43,079 bases of DNA from a virus (IMGVR_UViG_3300043443_000068:1-43079), one strand, 5' to 3'; positions 19,150 through 27,926 are shown, numbered from the stretch's first letter. The notes: generated by a model not told the origin, from the letters alone. Program-made: numbers and translations.

Positions 19150-19430
19150 TACCACTTAACTTTGTCTGCCCAATAAGCGGCACTCATTTTGCCTTTAGAA
19201 ATGTTGCTAGCATGCCGAGCTTTAAAAGATTCACGACGCTTGCGATAACTCTCAGACTCGCCTTCTTTTTTAGGGCTACCAGACACACCTTGTTGACCAA
19301 AGCGAATGGTTTTAACTTGATCGCCCTGTTTAGCAACGACTACATGAGATTTAGTGGGGTGGCTAGGAGTGCGCTTAGGTTTATTAAAGCCAGCTACGCC
19401 AGCACGTTCTAGTCGTGGGTCTTTAGCCAT
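19149..19430 (-). CDS. small basic protein (RRESFKARH...SAAYWADKVKW)
   Basis: Lys/Arg-rich; translationally coupled to terL. Confidence 0.75.
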   Translation of the reverse strand: MAKDPRLERAGVAGFNKPKRTPSHPTKSHVVVAKQGDQVKTIRFGQQGVSGSPKKEGESESYRKRRESFKARHASNISKGKMSAAYWADKVKW

Positions 19431-19537
19431 TACTTACCCTTCATCATACACTTACCTGCTTTTTTACATTTAGCAGGAGTAGGACAGCCAGCACAAGGTT
19501 TGAATTGTTTGATTGGGATAGATTTTTTGGTTGCCAT
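19430..19537 (-). CDS. 35 aa Cys/Lys-rich microprotein (absent from ORF track)
   Basis: AAGGAAC RBS; MATKKSIPIKQFKPCAGCPTPAKCKKAGKCMMKGK; TAATG coupling. Confidence 0.7.
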   Translation of the reverse strand: MATKKSIPIKQFKPCAGCPTPAKCKKAGKCMMKGK

Positions 19538-19545
19538 GATGTTCC

Positions 19546-19776
19546 TTATCGGTATTTAGCTGTTTTTGCAGCAATCTTTTTGGGTTGTGAGACAAACTGC
19601 TTGCCTTTAGCGTTACCTTTAGCTTTAGCCTTATTAGTAGCGGCTTTTTCAGCAGGAGATAGTGCGTTCCATGCAGCGTCTGGTAGATAACGCTTTTTGC
19701 CTTTAGAGGGCTTGCCGTCTGATGTGCGCCACTTCTGTGCGGTCCATTCTTTTAGTGACTGCTGTGGATTCTTCAT
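19546..19776 (-). CDS. DUF5872-like protein, C-terminal half
   Basis: QQSLKEWTAQKWRT...RYLP.AAW..LS..EK.ATN..K...GKQFV. Confidence 0.7.
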   Translation of the reverse strand: MKNPQQSLKEWTAQKWRTSDGKPSKGKKRYLPDAAWNALSPAEKAATNKAKAKGNAKGKQFVSQPKKIAAKTAKYR

Positions 19777-19961
19777 GACTTGTACCCACCGCCTTTGGCT
19801 TTATATTCACGTGCAAGAAGTTGGGCTTTACGAGCAGACCACTCACCAGGATCGCCCCCTTTGCTACCCGCTTTAATTTTCTCAAACAAAGCTTTACGCA
19901 TAGTTGGCTTAGTATAGACACCAGCTTCGTTTACACGGGATTTAGTAGCCTTTTTTTTCAT
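19773..19961 (-). CDS. DUF5872-like protein, N-terminal half
   Basis: YTKPTMR...KGG.PGEWSARKAQLLAREYKAKGGGY. Confidence 0.7.
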   Translation of the reverse strand: MKKKATKSRVNEAGVYTKPTMRKALFEKIKAGSKGGDPGEWSARKAQLLAREYKAKGGGYKS

Positions 19962-20227
19962 TTCATTTTTCCCGTTTTAGTACGCGCAAAACTTTTGTTA
20001 GCTGATGCAGAACGGACGCGTAGGTTTTTCTTAGCATTGCTTCCACCTTTGCTAAGTGGTGTTTTATGGTCAACATCATTGCCGTCTCCTTTAGAAACAC
20101 GACCTTCACGCTCTAACATTCGACGAGCACCGTTGCGTTTGGCACGGTCTTTTTTAACATCGTCTTTACCATCGTACTTTTCGTACTGTTTCTTATAATC
20201 ACGTTTACCATTTGTCATGTATGGCAT
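19958..20227 (-). CDS. small HNH-like protein
   Basis: DVDHKTPLSKGGSN...NLRV....N. Confidence 0.7.
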   Translation of the reverse strand: MPYMTNGKRDYKKQYEKYDGKDDVKKDRAKRNGARRMLEREGRVSKGDGNDVDHKTPLSKGGSNAKKNLRVRSASANKSFARTKTGKMK

Positions 20228-20706
20228 TACTTCTTACCCCCTACAACAATGCCTAAACGAGCCATATCGCCCGCAATGCGCCCCATTGATGGGGTAGGTA
20301 TTTCTTCTTCCTTCTTAGGCCGTCCTACAGGTTTCTTAGCAGTTTCTGCAGCATAACCTTTGTCAGCAAGCCATTTAGCAGCAGCCGTGCCCCCGGGTTG
20401 TTTGGCGTGCAGTTTCATTTGTCCAATGGCTTCCGAACGTAGTTTAACTTCTAGTTCAGTTTGCCATTTGTCTACGTGAGGTTTGACTAGAGGATGGTTG
20501 CGAACTTCTAACCAGTGGTCCCAATCACCTAGCAGTGCTTGTGCAGGAGCATACTCAGAAGGATCACGGCACTCTAGAAATACTTCTTTCCACTGCTGCA
20601 GTGTGTACACAGGCTTAAACTTAACGTCGGGTCGCGCAAACTCTTTGAAGAGTTGTAAAATTACGCGCTTTCCGCTTCCGTCGAGGAACTTGGTTCGGTC
20701 AACCAT
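20227..20706 (-). CDS. probable terminase small subunit
   Basis: Helical 159 aa protein upstream of terL; AAAKWLADKGY and GRPKK motifs. Confidence 0.5.
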   Translation of the reverse strand: MVDRTKFLDGSGKRVILQLFKEFARPDVKFKPVYTLQQWKEVFLECRDPSEYAPAQALLGDWDHWLEVRNHPLVKPHVDKWQTELEVKLRSEAIGQMKLHAKQPGGTAAAKWLADKGYAAETAKKPVGRPKKEEEIPTPSMGRIAGDMARLGIVVGGKK

Positions 20707-20927
20707 TCGATTCTCCTAATCATACCGCGAGGTATTTGGTTTCGACGAGCTACAGTGCCGTCTTCAATTACGCCATTAGTAACAACAATTCCTTCTGGCC
20801 CATCATAAAGTAGGAAACCTACTTGCTTACAATAGACAGGTGCATACTGAAAGTCTTCCTCATGCTCTGCCCATGCTGTTACATCTAGCTCTGTAGCGTC
20901 TTCCCACACTACATACACTAACTTCAT
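20661..20927 (-). CDS. hypothetical protein
   Basis: VVWEDA...VGFL...IPRGMI pattern common in phages. Confidence 0.65.
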   Translation of the reverse strand: MKLVYVVWEDATELDVTAWAEHEEDFQYAPVYCKQVGFLLYDGPEGIVVTNGVIEDGTVARRNQIPRGMIRRIEWLTEPSSSTEAESA

Positions 20928-21094
20928 TTTTTATTGGCTTTGTGTTTAGCCATACGCTCGCCACGCTTAGGTAGTGACTTGCCTGCCTTACTTAGTGCAA
21001 TAGCAATTGCTTGTTTTTGAGGCTTGCCTTTTTTCATTTCAGCACGAATGTTTTTGCTAATAGTTTTTTGAGATTTACCTTCAGACATTGGCAT
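20924..21094 (-). CDS. small basic protein
   Basis: AAGGA RBS; [29 protein letters not shown]. Confidence 0.7.
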   Translation of the reverse strand: MPMSEGKSQKTISKNIRAEMKKGKPQKQAIAIALSKAGKSLPKRGERMAKHKANKK

Positions 21095-21095
21095 G

Positions 21096-21554
21096 TTAAA
21101 TTCCTTTGTGATAAACAGTTTTACCGTTTTCTTTAACGGCACGTAATACGTTACACTTTAAATCATTTTCGTCGTACGAAACATGTACCCAACCACTGTC
21201 AGGTATGTCTTCTGTGTAAAACTCTAAAATAAGTTGGGTAAACTTAAAGTTGTCTCGGATGTATTCGGCTAATACTTTGTTGTCAATGCCGTTAATTTCA
21301 ATGTCTGCTGCCATACCTAGACAGTGGTCGCTAACAGGGCTACCTCCCACAGCAGTATTCACTGCAGGACTTCTGTACCCACTTGTAATAGTTACTGGCC
21401 CAAACTTATCACGCAATGGCTGTAGCACATTAGCAACAAGAATTTGTAAATTATTTTTTACTTTTTCAGATGGCGTATTGTCAATGTTGCGACGAATTGC
21501 AACTTCTGATTTGCATAGTTCTGCTAGAGTAAAGTTTCTAGATAGTTGTGTCAT
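21096..21554 (-). CDS. endolysin, peptidase M15A family
   Basis: [31 protein letters not shown]. Confidence 0.9.
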   Translation of the reverse strand: MTQLSRNFTLAELCKSEVAIRRNIDNTPSEKVKNNLQILVANVLQPLRDKFGPVTITSGYRSPAVNTAVGGSPVSDHCLGMAADIEINGIDNKVLAEYIRDNFKFTQLILEFYTEDIPDSGWVHVSYDENDLKCNVLRAVKENGKTVYHKGI

Positions 21555-22048
21555 TTAGAACCTGGTTTAGATAGTAGTTCTGTTTTAGCTTGTGAACCAG
21601 CAGAAGAACCAAAATAATAGGCGATGATGCCTGTCCATGCAGTACCTAGGGAGCCTAGCATCATAGTAAGTGCTGTATTGTCTGCAACAGACATTTTGCC
21701 AAACATCATGCCTCCAAGAATAGCAAAGAACCCTACAGTAACTGCGCCAGCTAATGCTGGAGGAACTAGTGACCGAGTAGTAGCCTGCATTTCACGGGCA
21801 GACTTTCTATCGTCAACAGCTAGTGCTTCAAAGTTTAAACCTAGCTCATTCTCTTGTTTTTTAAGTTCTAGTTCTGCGTGCTTAAGAGATGCGATTTGAT
21901 CAGGTGTAAGTTTGTTATTACTAATAACTTCCTGTACCTTATCCTCATCTACACCGATGGCTTTAGAGATGGCAGATACAGCAATGCCTGCAAGAGGCCC
22001 ACCTAATGCAGAAGCAACTGTAGGAGCAATTTGTTTTAACCAATCCAT
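21551..22048 (-). CDS. holin-like membrane protein (3TM/GTA-type)
   Basis: DRKSAREMQ, two C-terminal TM segments, YYFGSSAGS. Confidence 0.7.
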   Translation of the reverse strand: MDWLKQIAPTVASALGGPLAGIAVSAISKAIGVDEDKVQEVISNNKLTPDQIASLKHAELELKKQENELGLNFEALAVDDRKSAREMQATTRSLVPPALAGAVTVGFFAILGGMMFGKMSVADNTALTMMLGSLGTAWTGIIAYYFGSSAGSQAKTELLSKPGSK

Positions 22049-22536
22049 GCGTTACCTCGTGAATTAATTACAGAGACTACCATTACTAATATTGACGCAA
22101 ACGCAACACCGACTGCAAGCATAGTGGCAATACCAATTGCCCAATCTACACGCTGCTTTGCTACCTTCTTACGTTTACGTTCTAGTTCACGGGCCTCTCG
22201 TTCTTTAGCTTGACGTATCTTACTGCGCTCAAGAAGAAGCTGTTCCCAAAGACCAGATTGTCCATAGCCATAAATTAACAGGTGCTTCAATTCTTCTTCA
22301 GACTGGCGCAACTGTTCCGCGTGCATTACAATTTCAAGAGCCTTACTAGTATCAGACTGACCCTTTTTACCTAGATCATTTGCTGCTTTTTGTACAACAT
22401 CTTTAGCGTCAAAGAACTTACCAAACTCTCCGATGATATTGGAAATATCTTTGCCTAAAGCTTGCGCCTTCTTAATCGTAGCTACAGCAGTTTGAGCAGC
22501 AGCAAACGCTGCAGCAGCGGCGCTTATTGGGTCCAT
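22036..22536 (-). CDS. coiled-coil protein with C-terminal TM segment
   Basis: Hydrophobic C-terminus; lies in the lysis block. Confidence 0.65.
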   Translation of the reverse strand: MDPISAAAAAFAAAQTAVATIKKAQALGKDISNIIGEFGKFFDAKDVVQKAANDLGKKGQSDTSKALEIVMHAEQLRQSEEELKHLLIYGYGQSGLWEQLLLERSKIRQAKEREARELERKRKKVAKQRVDWAIGIATMLAVGVAFASILVMVVSVINSRGNAWIG

Positions 22537-22760
22537 TAGGGTTTGTAGTTAGACCAAAACGCCGTAACTGCTGCTACTAAACCAGCAATCCACAAGATAG
22601 GTTTAGCTACTTTAGCTAAAAACTCTAGAACAGCAAAAGCCCCTCGCGCAGCATTAAACGCATCAACAACGTCTTTAGTGTTTTGATTAATACAATCTAC
22701 TTTGCTTTCAACAGCAACAAGACGTTCGTATATTTCTGCGTGAGTTACTTCTTCAGCCAT
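22536..22760 (-). CDS. small membrane protein (lysis region)
   Basis: Short coiled coil plus a C-terminal TM segment. Confidence 0.65.
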   Translation of the reverse strand: MAEEVTHAEIYERLVAVESKVDCINQNTKDVVDAFNAARGAFAVLEFLAKVAKPILWIAGLVAAVTAFWSNYKP

Positions 22761-22762
22761 AG

Positions 22763-23122
22763 TTAATCAGCAAGTAAAGATTTAGCAATAGTTGCAGGAT
22801 CTACACCGGCTGGAACCATGGCAGGATCTAAAATATCGCCCACACCATCACCAGAACGAAGTGCGTGAATACAATAGGCTACAGTACCATCGGTCAAAGC
22901 CTCTAGTTCATGCACTTTATCTGCTTTAATATAAATCATATACGGTGCTGTAAACTCACTAACTTGACCCTCAACAGTTACTTTAAGTTTACCCTTAGCA
23001 AGTAGTGTTAGATGGTCAAACTGATGTGTGTGCCCAACTTCAATGTCACCGGTTTTCTCAAAATACATCATGCGAGAAAACAAGTTTGCTACACAACCAA
23101 TCATTACACCGGGTGCACTCAT
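22763..23122 (-). CDS. cupin-fold protein
   Basis: GHTHQFDH...KGKL...KVHELEAL...CIH metal-binding cupin motifs. Confidence 0.75.
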   Translation of the reverse strand: MSAPGVMIGCVANLFSRMMYFEKTGDIEVGHTHQFDHLTLLAKGKLKVTVEGQVSEFTAPYMIYIKADKVHELEALTDGTVAYCIHALRSGDGVGDILDPAMVPAGVDPATIAKSLLAD

Positions 23123-23496
23123 ACAATTTCTCCAGGTACAGCTACACGAATTTGAGTTGCAGGAGGTGTGTAGTCATGTACTTTATCTAAACCAGCTTCT
23201 TTTACAAGAAGATCTTTTAATTCTTGCATTCTAAGTTTTGCTGTTGATTTTGATGTAAATTCTTCATAAATACCTTGGTAGTGATTAAACACACGATAAC
23301 TACCTTCTTCACTATCGTCTTCTTTAACATCTCTCCACAACGTATTAGTACCTTCTACAAATACTACTGACATACAAAAACGAACAGCTTCACGTTCTAA
23401 ATAAGCAACACGCGCAGTTTGAAGTAAATTTTCAGCGTCAGTTAAATTTTCAAAATGTTGTGGACCGTTTATTTGGTCAAAAACAGTGTATTTCAC
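23119..23496 (-). CDS. hypothetical protein (tail fibre associated)
   Basis: GTG start; overlaps both neighbours. Confidence 0.6.
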   Translation of the reverse strand: MKYTVFDQINGPQHFENLTDAENLLQTARVAYLEREAVRFCMSVVFVEGTNTLWRDVKEDDSEEGSYRVFNHYQGIYEEFTSKSTAKLRMQELKDLLVKEAGLDKVHDYTPPATQIRVAVPGEIV

Positions 23497-24512
23497 GATA
23501 TTGCTCCATAAACTCTAGTTGTATTTCCACTTACCCAAGTAACAGTTCGTCCATTTAATGCAACAGCTTTTCCTCCTGCAGCACCCTGATAACTTGGGTT
23601 TCCAGTATTACCGCCAGATGCTCCCCATCCACCACCACCGCCCGCGCCTGCACCACCATAAGGCCCAGCCCCACCGCCTCCAGGACCTCCACCTGCAGAA
23701 TTAGCAGAGCCACCAGCACCGCCTGTAGCTACAGAAGCGCCACTTGCACCTCCACCACCAGCGCCCCCACCTCTACCGTACCAGTTAGTGAATGAACCAC
23801 TGCCGCCCCCAGCACCTCCTGTGCCGGGAAAAATACGTCCGCCACCACCGCCTCCTGCGGCGTAATACGTTCCATAGGGGCCTGAATAACTATACCAATT
23901 CCCGTTAGCTCCGGAAGAACCTAAACCGCCGCCACCTCCGGAACCCGTTCCTGTAGCAGGGCCACCTCCTGCGCCGCCACCACCTTGCGCATAACCACCT
24001 GCTCCACCGCCGCCGCCTCCACCAATGTACGCAGAAGCGTTAGTATTGTTAATAGTAGTATTAAATCCCAAACTAATTGCAGGGCCGCCCACACCTGGAT
24101 TAGATGGTGAGCCAGCCCCTGTACCACCCATACCCATAATGTAACCGTTATTCACTAATGTAACGGTATCTCCTGAAGCGCCGCCAGAAAGTGTTAATGC
24201 AGGAGTGCTAATTGACGTTGCATATACATACACACCTGAATTTACAGTAATAGTAATGTCTGATGTTCCAGCAGAATATCCTGGAAGAGAAGCTACGTTA
24301 ATAGACGCATGAGCAGTATTAGAACTAATTGTGTATGAAATTGCAGCACGGTTAGACTTGCCATAACCGTTACTCATAGAAATAGCACCACTAGGTACAC
24401 CAAACAGAGTGCGCACGTTTGCTGCGCCCATGTTAATAGAGGCTGTGGAGCTAAGACCTAGTTCTACGTTAACTTGAGAGAGCGAAATTGCTCCTGAAGC
24501 TGGTAGCGTCAT
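23493..24512 (-). CDS. glycine-rich tail fibre adhesin (gp38-like)
   Basis: SGAISLSQVNVELG start; NNGYIMGMGG, multiple poly-Gly runs, GAAGGKAV end. Confidence 0.7.
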   Translation of the reverse strand: MTLPASGAISLSQVNVELGLSSTASINMGAANVRTLFGVPSGAISMSNGYGKSNRAAISYTISSNTAHASINVASLPGYSAGTSDITITVNSGVYVYATSISTPALTLSGGASGDTVTLVNNGYIMGMGGTGAGSPSNPGVGGPAISLGFNTTINNTNASAYIGGGGGGGAGGYAQGGGGAGGGPATGTGSGGGGGLGSSGANGNWYSYSGPYGTYYAAGGGGGGRIFPGTGGAGGGSGSFTNWYGRGGGAGGGGASGASVATGGAGGSANSAGGGPGGGGAGPYGGAGAGGGGGWGASGGNTGNPSYQGAAGGKAVALNGRTVTWVSGNTTRVYGAIS

Positions 24513-24514
24513 AG

Positions 24515-24901
24515 TTACATTGTCCCGTAAGCAGTTACGTTGCCGACAACAGTTAGGTTACCAGAACCATCTAGTTTAGCTTTAGCAACACCACTCACTT
24601 CAAAAAATAATACACCACCCGATTCGTACACTTTCCAAGTGGAACCAATAGGTACTTTAGCAGAAGCATCACGCTTTACATACTGGTTGTTGCCAGTGCC
24701 TGCACCGTAGGTAGCTAAATCTGTTAGATCGCTATCTAGTGCCTGTGCGCCAATGTCACCCGGCGTAGTGTTTGCTTTGACGTAAGTAAGAAGCTGTGCG
24801 CCAGTAACTTTTTTACTAGTTAAACTGTCGTTTACCTCAAACTCTTGTGTGCCAGAGGCTGCTGCTGCAGCCGTAAGGTCCGAAATTTTAATGTTAGCCA
24901 T
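24515..24901 (-). CDS. tail fibre-related protein
   Basis: IKISDL start; GNLTVVGNVTAYG end. Confidence 0.6.
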   Translation of the reverse strand: MANIKISDLTAAAAASGTQEFEVNDSLTSKKVTGAQLLTYVKANTTPGDIGAQALDSDLTDLATYGAGTGNNQYVKRDASAKVPIGSTWKVYESGGVLFFEVSGVAKAKLDGSGNLTVVGNVTAYGTM

Positions 24902-25575
24902 TAGTAAATCCTTTTCCAGTTACCTGAAATCTTTTTGTACACTGCTTGTAGAGCGTCCCAATTGCCGTTATATTTTGCATCAACATCAACTGTTTTCCAA
25001 ACACCGCCAGTTTTATAATAGGCAGTGCTGCTGAAAGGAATGTATGTGTCGTTAGCTACCATGCTACCAATCATTTCATTAGTAGGAATGGCATTAGTAA
25101 TGCGGTTGTCACCACTTTCGGTGACGCGATAGTCTTCACTTTCCAGAATACGTAAAAACTGCTCGTTGCCGCTAACTACAGACACATACTTGACAACACG
25201 ACCTGTAGGACTAAACGTCCCTTGTGCGCTGCCAGCAAACTCTCCCTTAGCAATTAGTTTTTCATCTGCAGCCAGTGTTCCAGATGCAGTGAGGCTGGTT
25301 TCCCCTCCAGTTTTTCTGGCACCAGCAGCAGTCATCGTACTGCTGTTTGCTACAAGTGTAGCACCGTAACTAATAACGTTACCAGAAACAACTAGGGACG
25401 AGTCGCCTACAAAAGCTACTGCAGCACCTACCTTTGCTGTTGCAACAAAGTCGTAGCTGCTACTAGCAGAGAAGCTTACTTCTCCGGTTTGAAAGCCTTC
25501 AGTAACTCGCGTACCACCATTTTCTAAGAGGCGACTATCGCCGCCCTCGGTAATACGGTAGCCAGCAACTGCCAT
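24901..25575 (-). CDS. tail/virion structural protein
   Basis: Repeated R-[IV]-TE-[GS]-G-D-x-R motifs near both ends. Confidence 0.6.
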   Translation of the reverse strand: MAVAGYRITEGGDSRLLENGGTRVTEGFQTGEVSFSASSSYDFVATAKVGAAVAFVGDSSLVVSGNVISYGATLVANSSTMTAAGARKTGGETSLTASGTLAADEKLIAKGEFAGSAQGTFSPTGRVVKYVSVVSGNEQFLRILESEDYRVTESGDNRITNAIPTNEMIGSMVANDTYIPFSSTAYYKTGGVWKTVDVDAKYNGNWDALQAVYKKISGNWKRIY

Positions 25576-25967
25576 TATGCAATGGTTAGGTCAATGTTAC
25601 CAATTGCAAACTCTAGGGTGTCGCCATCACCAATGGTTTTGGAGGCAGTGATGCCGCCGTGCCACAGGAGGTTGCCGCCCGAAGAGTTGTCAAAAATACC
25701 TACATGGCTAACTGTACCCCAGCTGCCACCAGATGCCGTGAATGACAGGGCACCCGTGTTGGAGGTCGTACCACCGGGGGTTGACGCGGCAGCAAAAGTT
25801 ACCGCCTGACGGCTGTAGCCGTTGCCAGACACCTCAGTGCCGCCACCGCTGTCAGAAGGGGCAGCAGTGAATAGGCCAACGTACCAAGCTGTGGGCCGGG
25901 TAGCTGAACCAGTGGTCATTAGCCAGTCAAGAAGGAGTTTCTCGGAATAATCAGAAAGAGCAGACAT
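25575..25967 (-). CDS. tail fibre-associated structural protein
   Basis: SDYSEKLLLD...YVGLFTAAP.D.GGGTEVSG.GY.RQ..WGTVSH.GIFD. Confidence 0.7.
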   Translation of the reverse strand: MSALSDYSEKLLLDWLMTTGSATRPTAWYVGLFTAAPSDSGGGTEVSGNGYSRQAVTFAAASTPGGTTSNTGALSFTASGGSWGTVSHVGIFDNSSGGNLLWHGGITASKTIGDGDTLEFAIGNIDLTIA

Positions 25968-25976
25968 AGTGTTCCT

Positions 25977-26336
25977 TTAAGAGCTTACTTTAAACCAAAT
26001 GTCACCATTATTACCACCAGTTGGGGAGGAGGTAGAAACGGTGACTTTTTGTGTAATTGACAGATAGTTGTTGTAAATGGTGGTCATTGCAGCAGAGTAG
26101 GTATCATAGTCATCCTCTAGCTTGTCAATGTAGTCAATGCCATCTAAACCTTTAACTGAAGATACGTTAATTAGCCCATAGCCGTTCATGTCAATGTTTG
26201 TGAGCATGAAGTTGGGGCCGGTGCCGTCGCGGGACAGGGTGTTGTCGAACGCGGTTTCCACCGTATCAAAGTTGTCGTTCAGTGCGTCAATTGATCCGTA
26301 ACGACTGCCAATGGGGTTTAGTGTGATTTTAGCCAT
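25977..26336 (-). CDS. first late gene, tail fibre N-terminal-like
   Basis: CAGGAAAC RBS; LNDNF...LSRDG...DMNG; PTGGNNGDIWF. Confidence 0.65.
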   Translation of the reverse strand: MAKITLNPIGSRYGSIDALNDNFDTVETAFDNTLSRDGTGPNFMLTNIDMNGYGLINVSSVKGLDGIDYIDKLEDDYDTYSAAMTTIYNNYLSITQKVTVSTSSPTGGNNGDIWFKVSS

Positions 26337-26365
26337 GGTTTCCTGTGTTTGGAAAATATTGGGTG

Positions 26366-26398
26366 CTTAGAGTGTGTTTTGTTGCAAACGTCACTTTT
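26366..26398 (-). promoter_or_regulatory. candidate late promoter, copy 2
   Basis: Same boxes and 12 nt spacing as 15519-15551. Confidence 0.65.
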
Positions 26399-26430
26399 GT
26401 ACGTACATGTTTAAATAGTTTATAGGAGCC

Positions 26431-26494
26431 TCTAGGAGGCGTTTTTACCCCTTGTGGCTACCATCCCCTTACCTACCCCCTAAAAACGGCTAGA
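26431..26494. repeat. imperfect inverted repeat enclosing a C-rich/G-rich loop
   Basis: TCTAG..CGTTTTTA / TAAAAACG.CTAGA. Confidence 0.6.
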
Positions 26495-26646
26495 AACCCC
26501 CTTAAAATTGATTTTAGATTGTGTGGTGGGTGGGTGGGACTATTCAAAATAATAAAAAAGCTAGGTGGGTTAATTTCTATGAGATAGTTTTGAGGTGTTG
26601 TGCAATATAAAACCAACCCCCCAACCCCCCTTACCCGGGTCAGCCA

Positions 26647-26930
26647 AAATAATTACTGTCGTAAATTGTGAGAACTTTAGTATTATACTACTTTATTACT
26701 ATATATACTACTAATATACTATATATAATACTATATACTTATATATATATACTACTTAGTTAATATATAGTAGATATATAACCCATTATCTATTTATATT
26801 ACCCCCAGCTATATATTATATTAGTTATTTATATAATTATATGTTTATTTATATATAGTTATATGTATACTGAGTAAGTTAGTGAGTACTTGCTAACATT
26901 ACTAGGAACATTCTGTAGATATATTCTATA
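26647..26930. other. extremely AT-rich low-complexity tract (putative genome end/origin region)
   Basis: TATA/TACTA arrays between the divergent arms; no ORF. Confidence 0.6.
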
Positions 26931-26996
26931 TGTTGACCGCACTAGGGGCCGTGCTACCAGGGAACATAGTACTTTTTACTACGTATTCCCCTACGT

Positions 26997-27025
26997 TTGA
27001 CTTGGGTATTGGATGCTGTTACATT
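26997..27025 (+). promoter_or_regulatory. sigma70-type early promoter P1
   Basis: TTGACT-17-TACATT with extended -10 TG. Confidence 0.75.
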
Positions 27026-27101
27026 AGACCCATCGGTTCAGCGGCGTTGCACAAAAACAACGTTACCAGGGTGATGAGCTTAACAGCGAATTCCCCTAGG
27101 G

Positions 27102-27130
27102 TTGACAAGGTTTTAGGAACCCGCTAAATT
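27102..27130 (+). promoter_or_regulatory. sigma70-type early promoter P2
   Basis: TTGACA-17-TAAATT. Confidence 0.8.
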
Positions 27131-27136
27131 CGGTAC

Positions 27137-27345
27137 CACTGAGAGCAAGTTGCATTGAAGCTCTATAAATAAATGCAGCCCGAAAGCTTAGACTCCGGCT
27201 ACCCAAAGTCCGGACGAGTTCGGTAGGGGTAAAGGGTTATGCTACTTAGCCCGGAAAAGGTAGACTAGCTGGAACGTTACTAGTAACGGATATGCCAGTA
27301 AGAATCGCTAGATTCTGGAAAGATATTGTGTTAGTATCTTTCTTC
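27137..27345 (+). ncRNA. putative structured early leader / ncRNA with tandem pseudoknots
   Basis: Hand-derived pairings cover nearly the whole leader (see findings). Confidence 0.45.
27275..27288. repeat. perfect 14 bp palindrome CGTTACTAGTAACG, the longest perfect copy seen of the dispersed motif
   Basis: Core TTACTAGTAA occurs 11 times in the window. Confidence 0.9.
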
Positions 27346-27382
27346 AACCTAGTAAGTCTTAACCAAAGCAAAAGGAAACATC

Positions 27383-27889
27383 ATGTACGCAGCCGATCTT
27401 CGCCACGCCCTGCAACTTGCCAAAGATGGCAAAGACATTAGCCGGGAGGCTGGAACTGGAATCTGGGCCAACTATGTCCGGGCAACTTGCTACCCGATTC
27501 AACCCCGAAACGTGGAAGAATTGGACCGGGAGCATAAACGGGTAGTGGCAGAGTTGGAATCCATCAAGGAACTATCCAAAGATGAAAAGAATAGTCTCCG
27601 CTCCGCTAAGTCAGTCATCGGCAAGGCCGTTACTAATAACGTCGATGTCTGGAAGCGTAAGGATGACGGGTCTATCGAGACTGACGAAAAGGAAAATCCT
27701 ACCCCCAAAGGTAAGAGTGAGTTGCAGGAAGCTAAGTCCGACTTTGAGCGTATGATGGCATACATTGAAGCAGCGCAGAAAAAGTGGGACAGCGAGACTC
27801 GCGAATCGTTCACCACTGAGGAACTGGATCGCCTGTGGGGTGCCATTGCGGTGCTCGCTGACAACGTGAACGGTGCCCGTGGTAACTAA
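27383..27889 (+). CDS. first early protein, unknown function
   Basis: AAGGAAAC RBS downstream of the early promoters. Confidence 0.8.
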   Translation: MYAADLRHALQLAKDGKDISREAGTGIWANYVRATCYPIQPRNVEELDREHKRVVAELESIKELSKDEKNSLRSAKSVIGKAVTNNVDVWKRKDDGSIETDEKENPTPKGKSELQEAKSDFERMMAYIEAAQKKWDSETRESFTTEELDRLWGAIAVLADNVNGARGN

Positions 27890-27897
27890 CTAAGGAG

Positions 27898-27920
27898 CAG
27901 GGGCAAAAGCCCCTGTTACT
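27898..27920 (+). terminator. hairpin / weak terminator
   Basis: CAGGGGC-AAAA-GCCCCTG followed by TTACT; poor U-tract. Confidence 0.45.
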
Positions 27921-27926
27921 AATAAC

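Noticed and set aside
26930-27127. 65 aa ORF in the control region
   Set aside because: Overlaps both early promoters and has no RBS
27139-27186. Hammerhead ribozyme, or preQ1/SAM-II riboswitch
   Set aside because: CTGAGAG does not fit CUGANGA, and the conserved ligand-binding nucleotides are not evident
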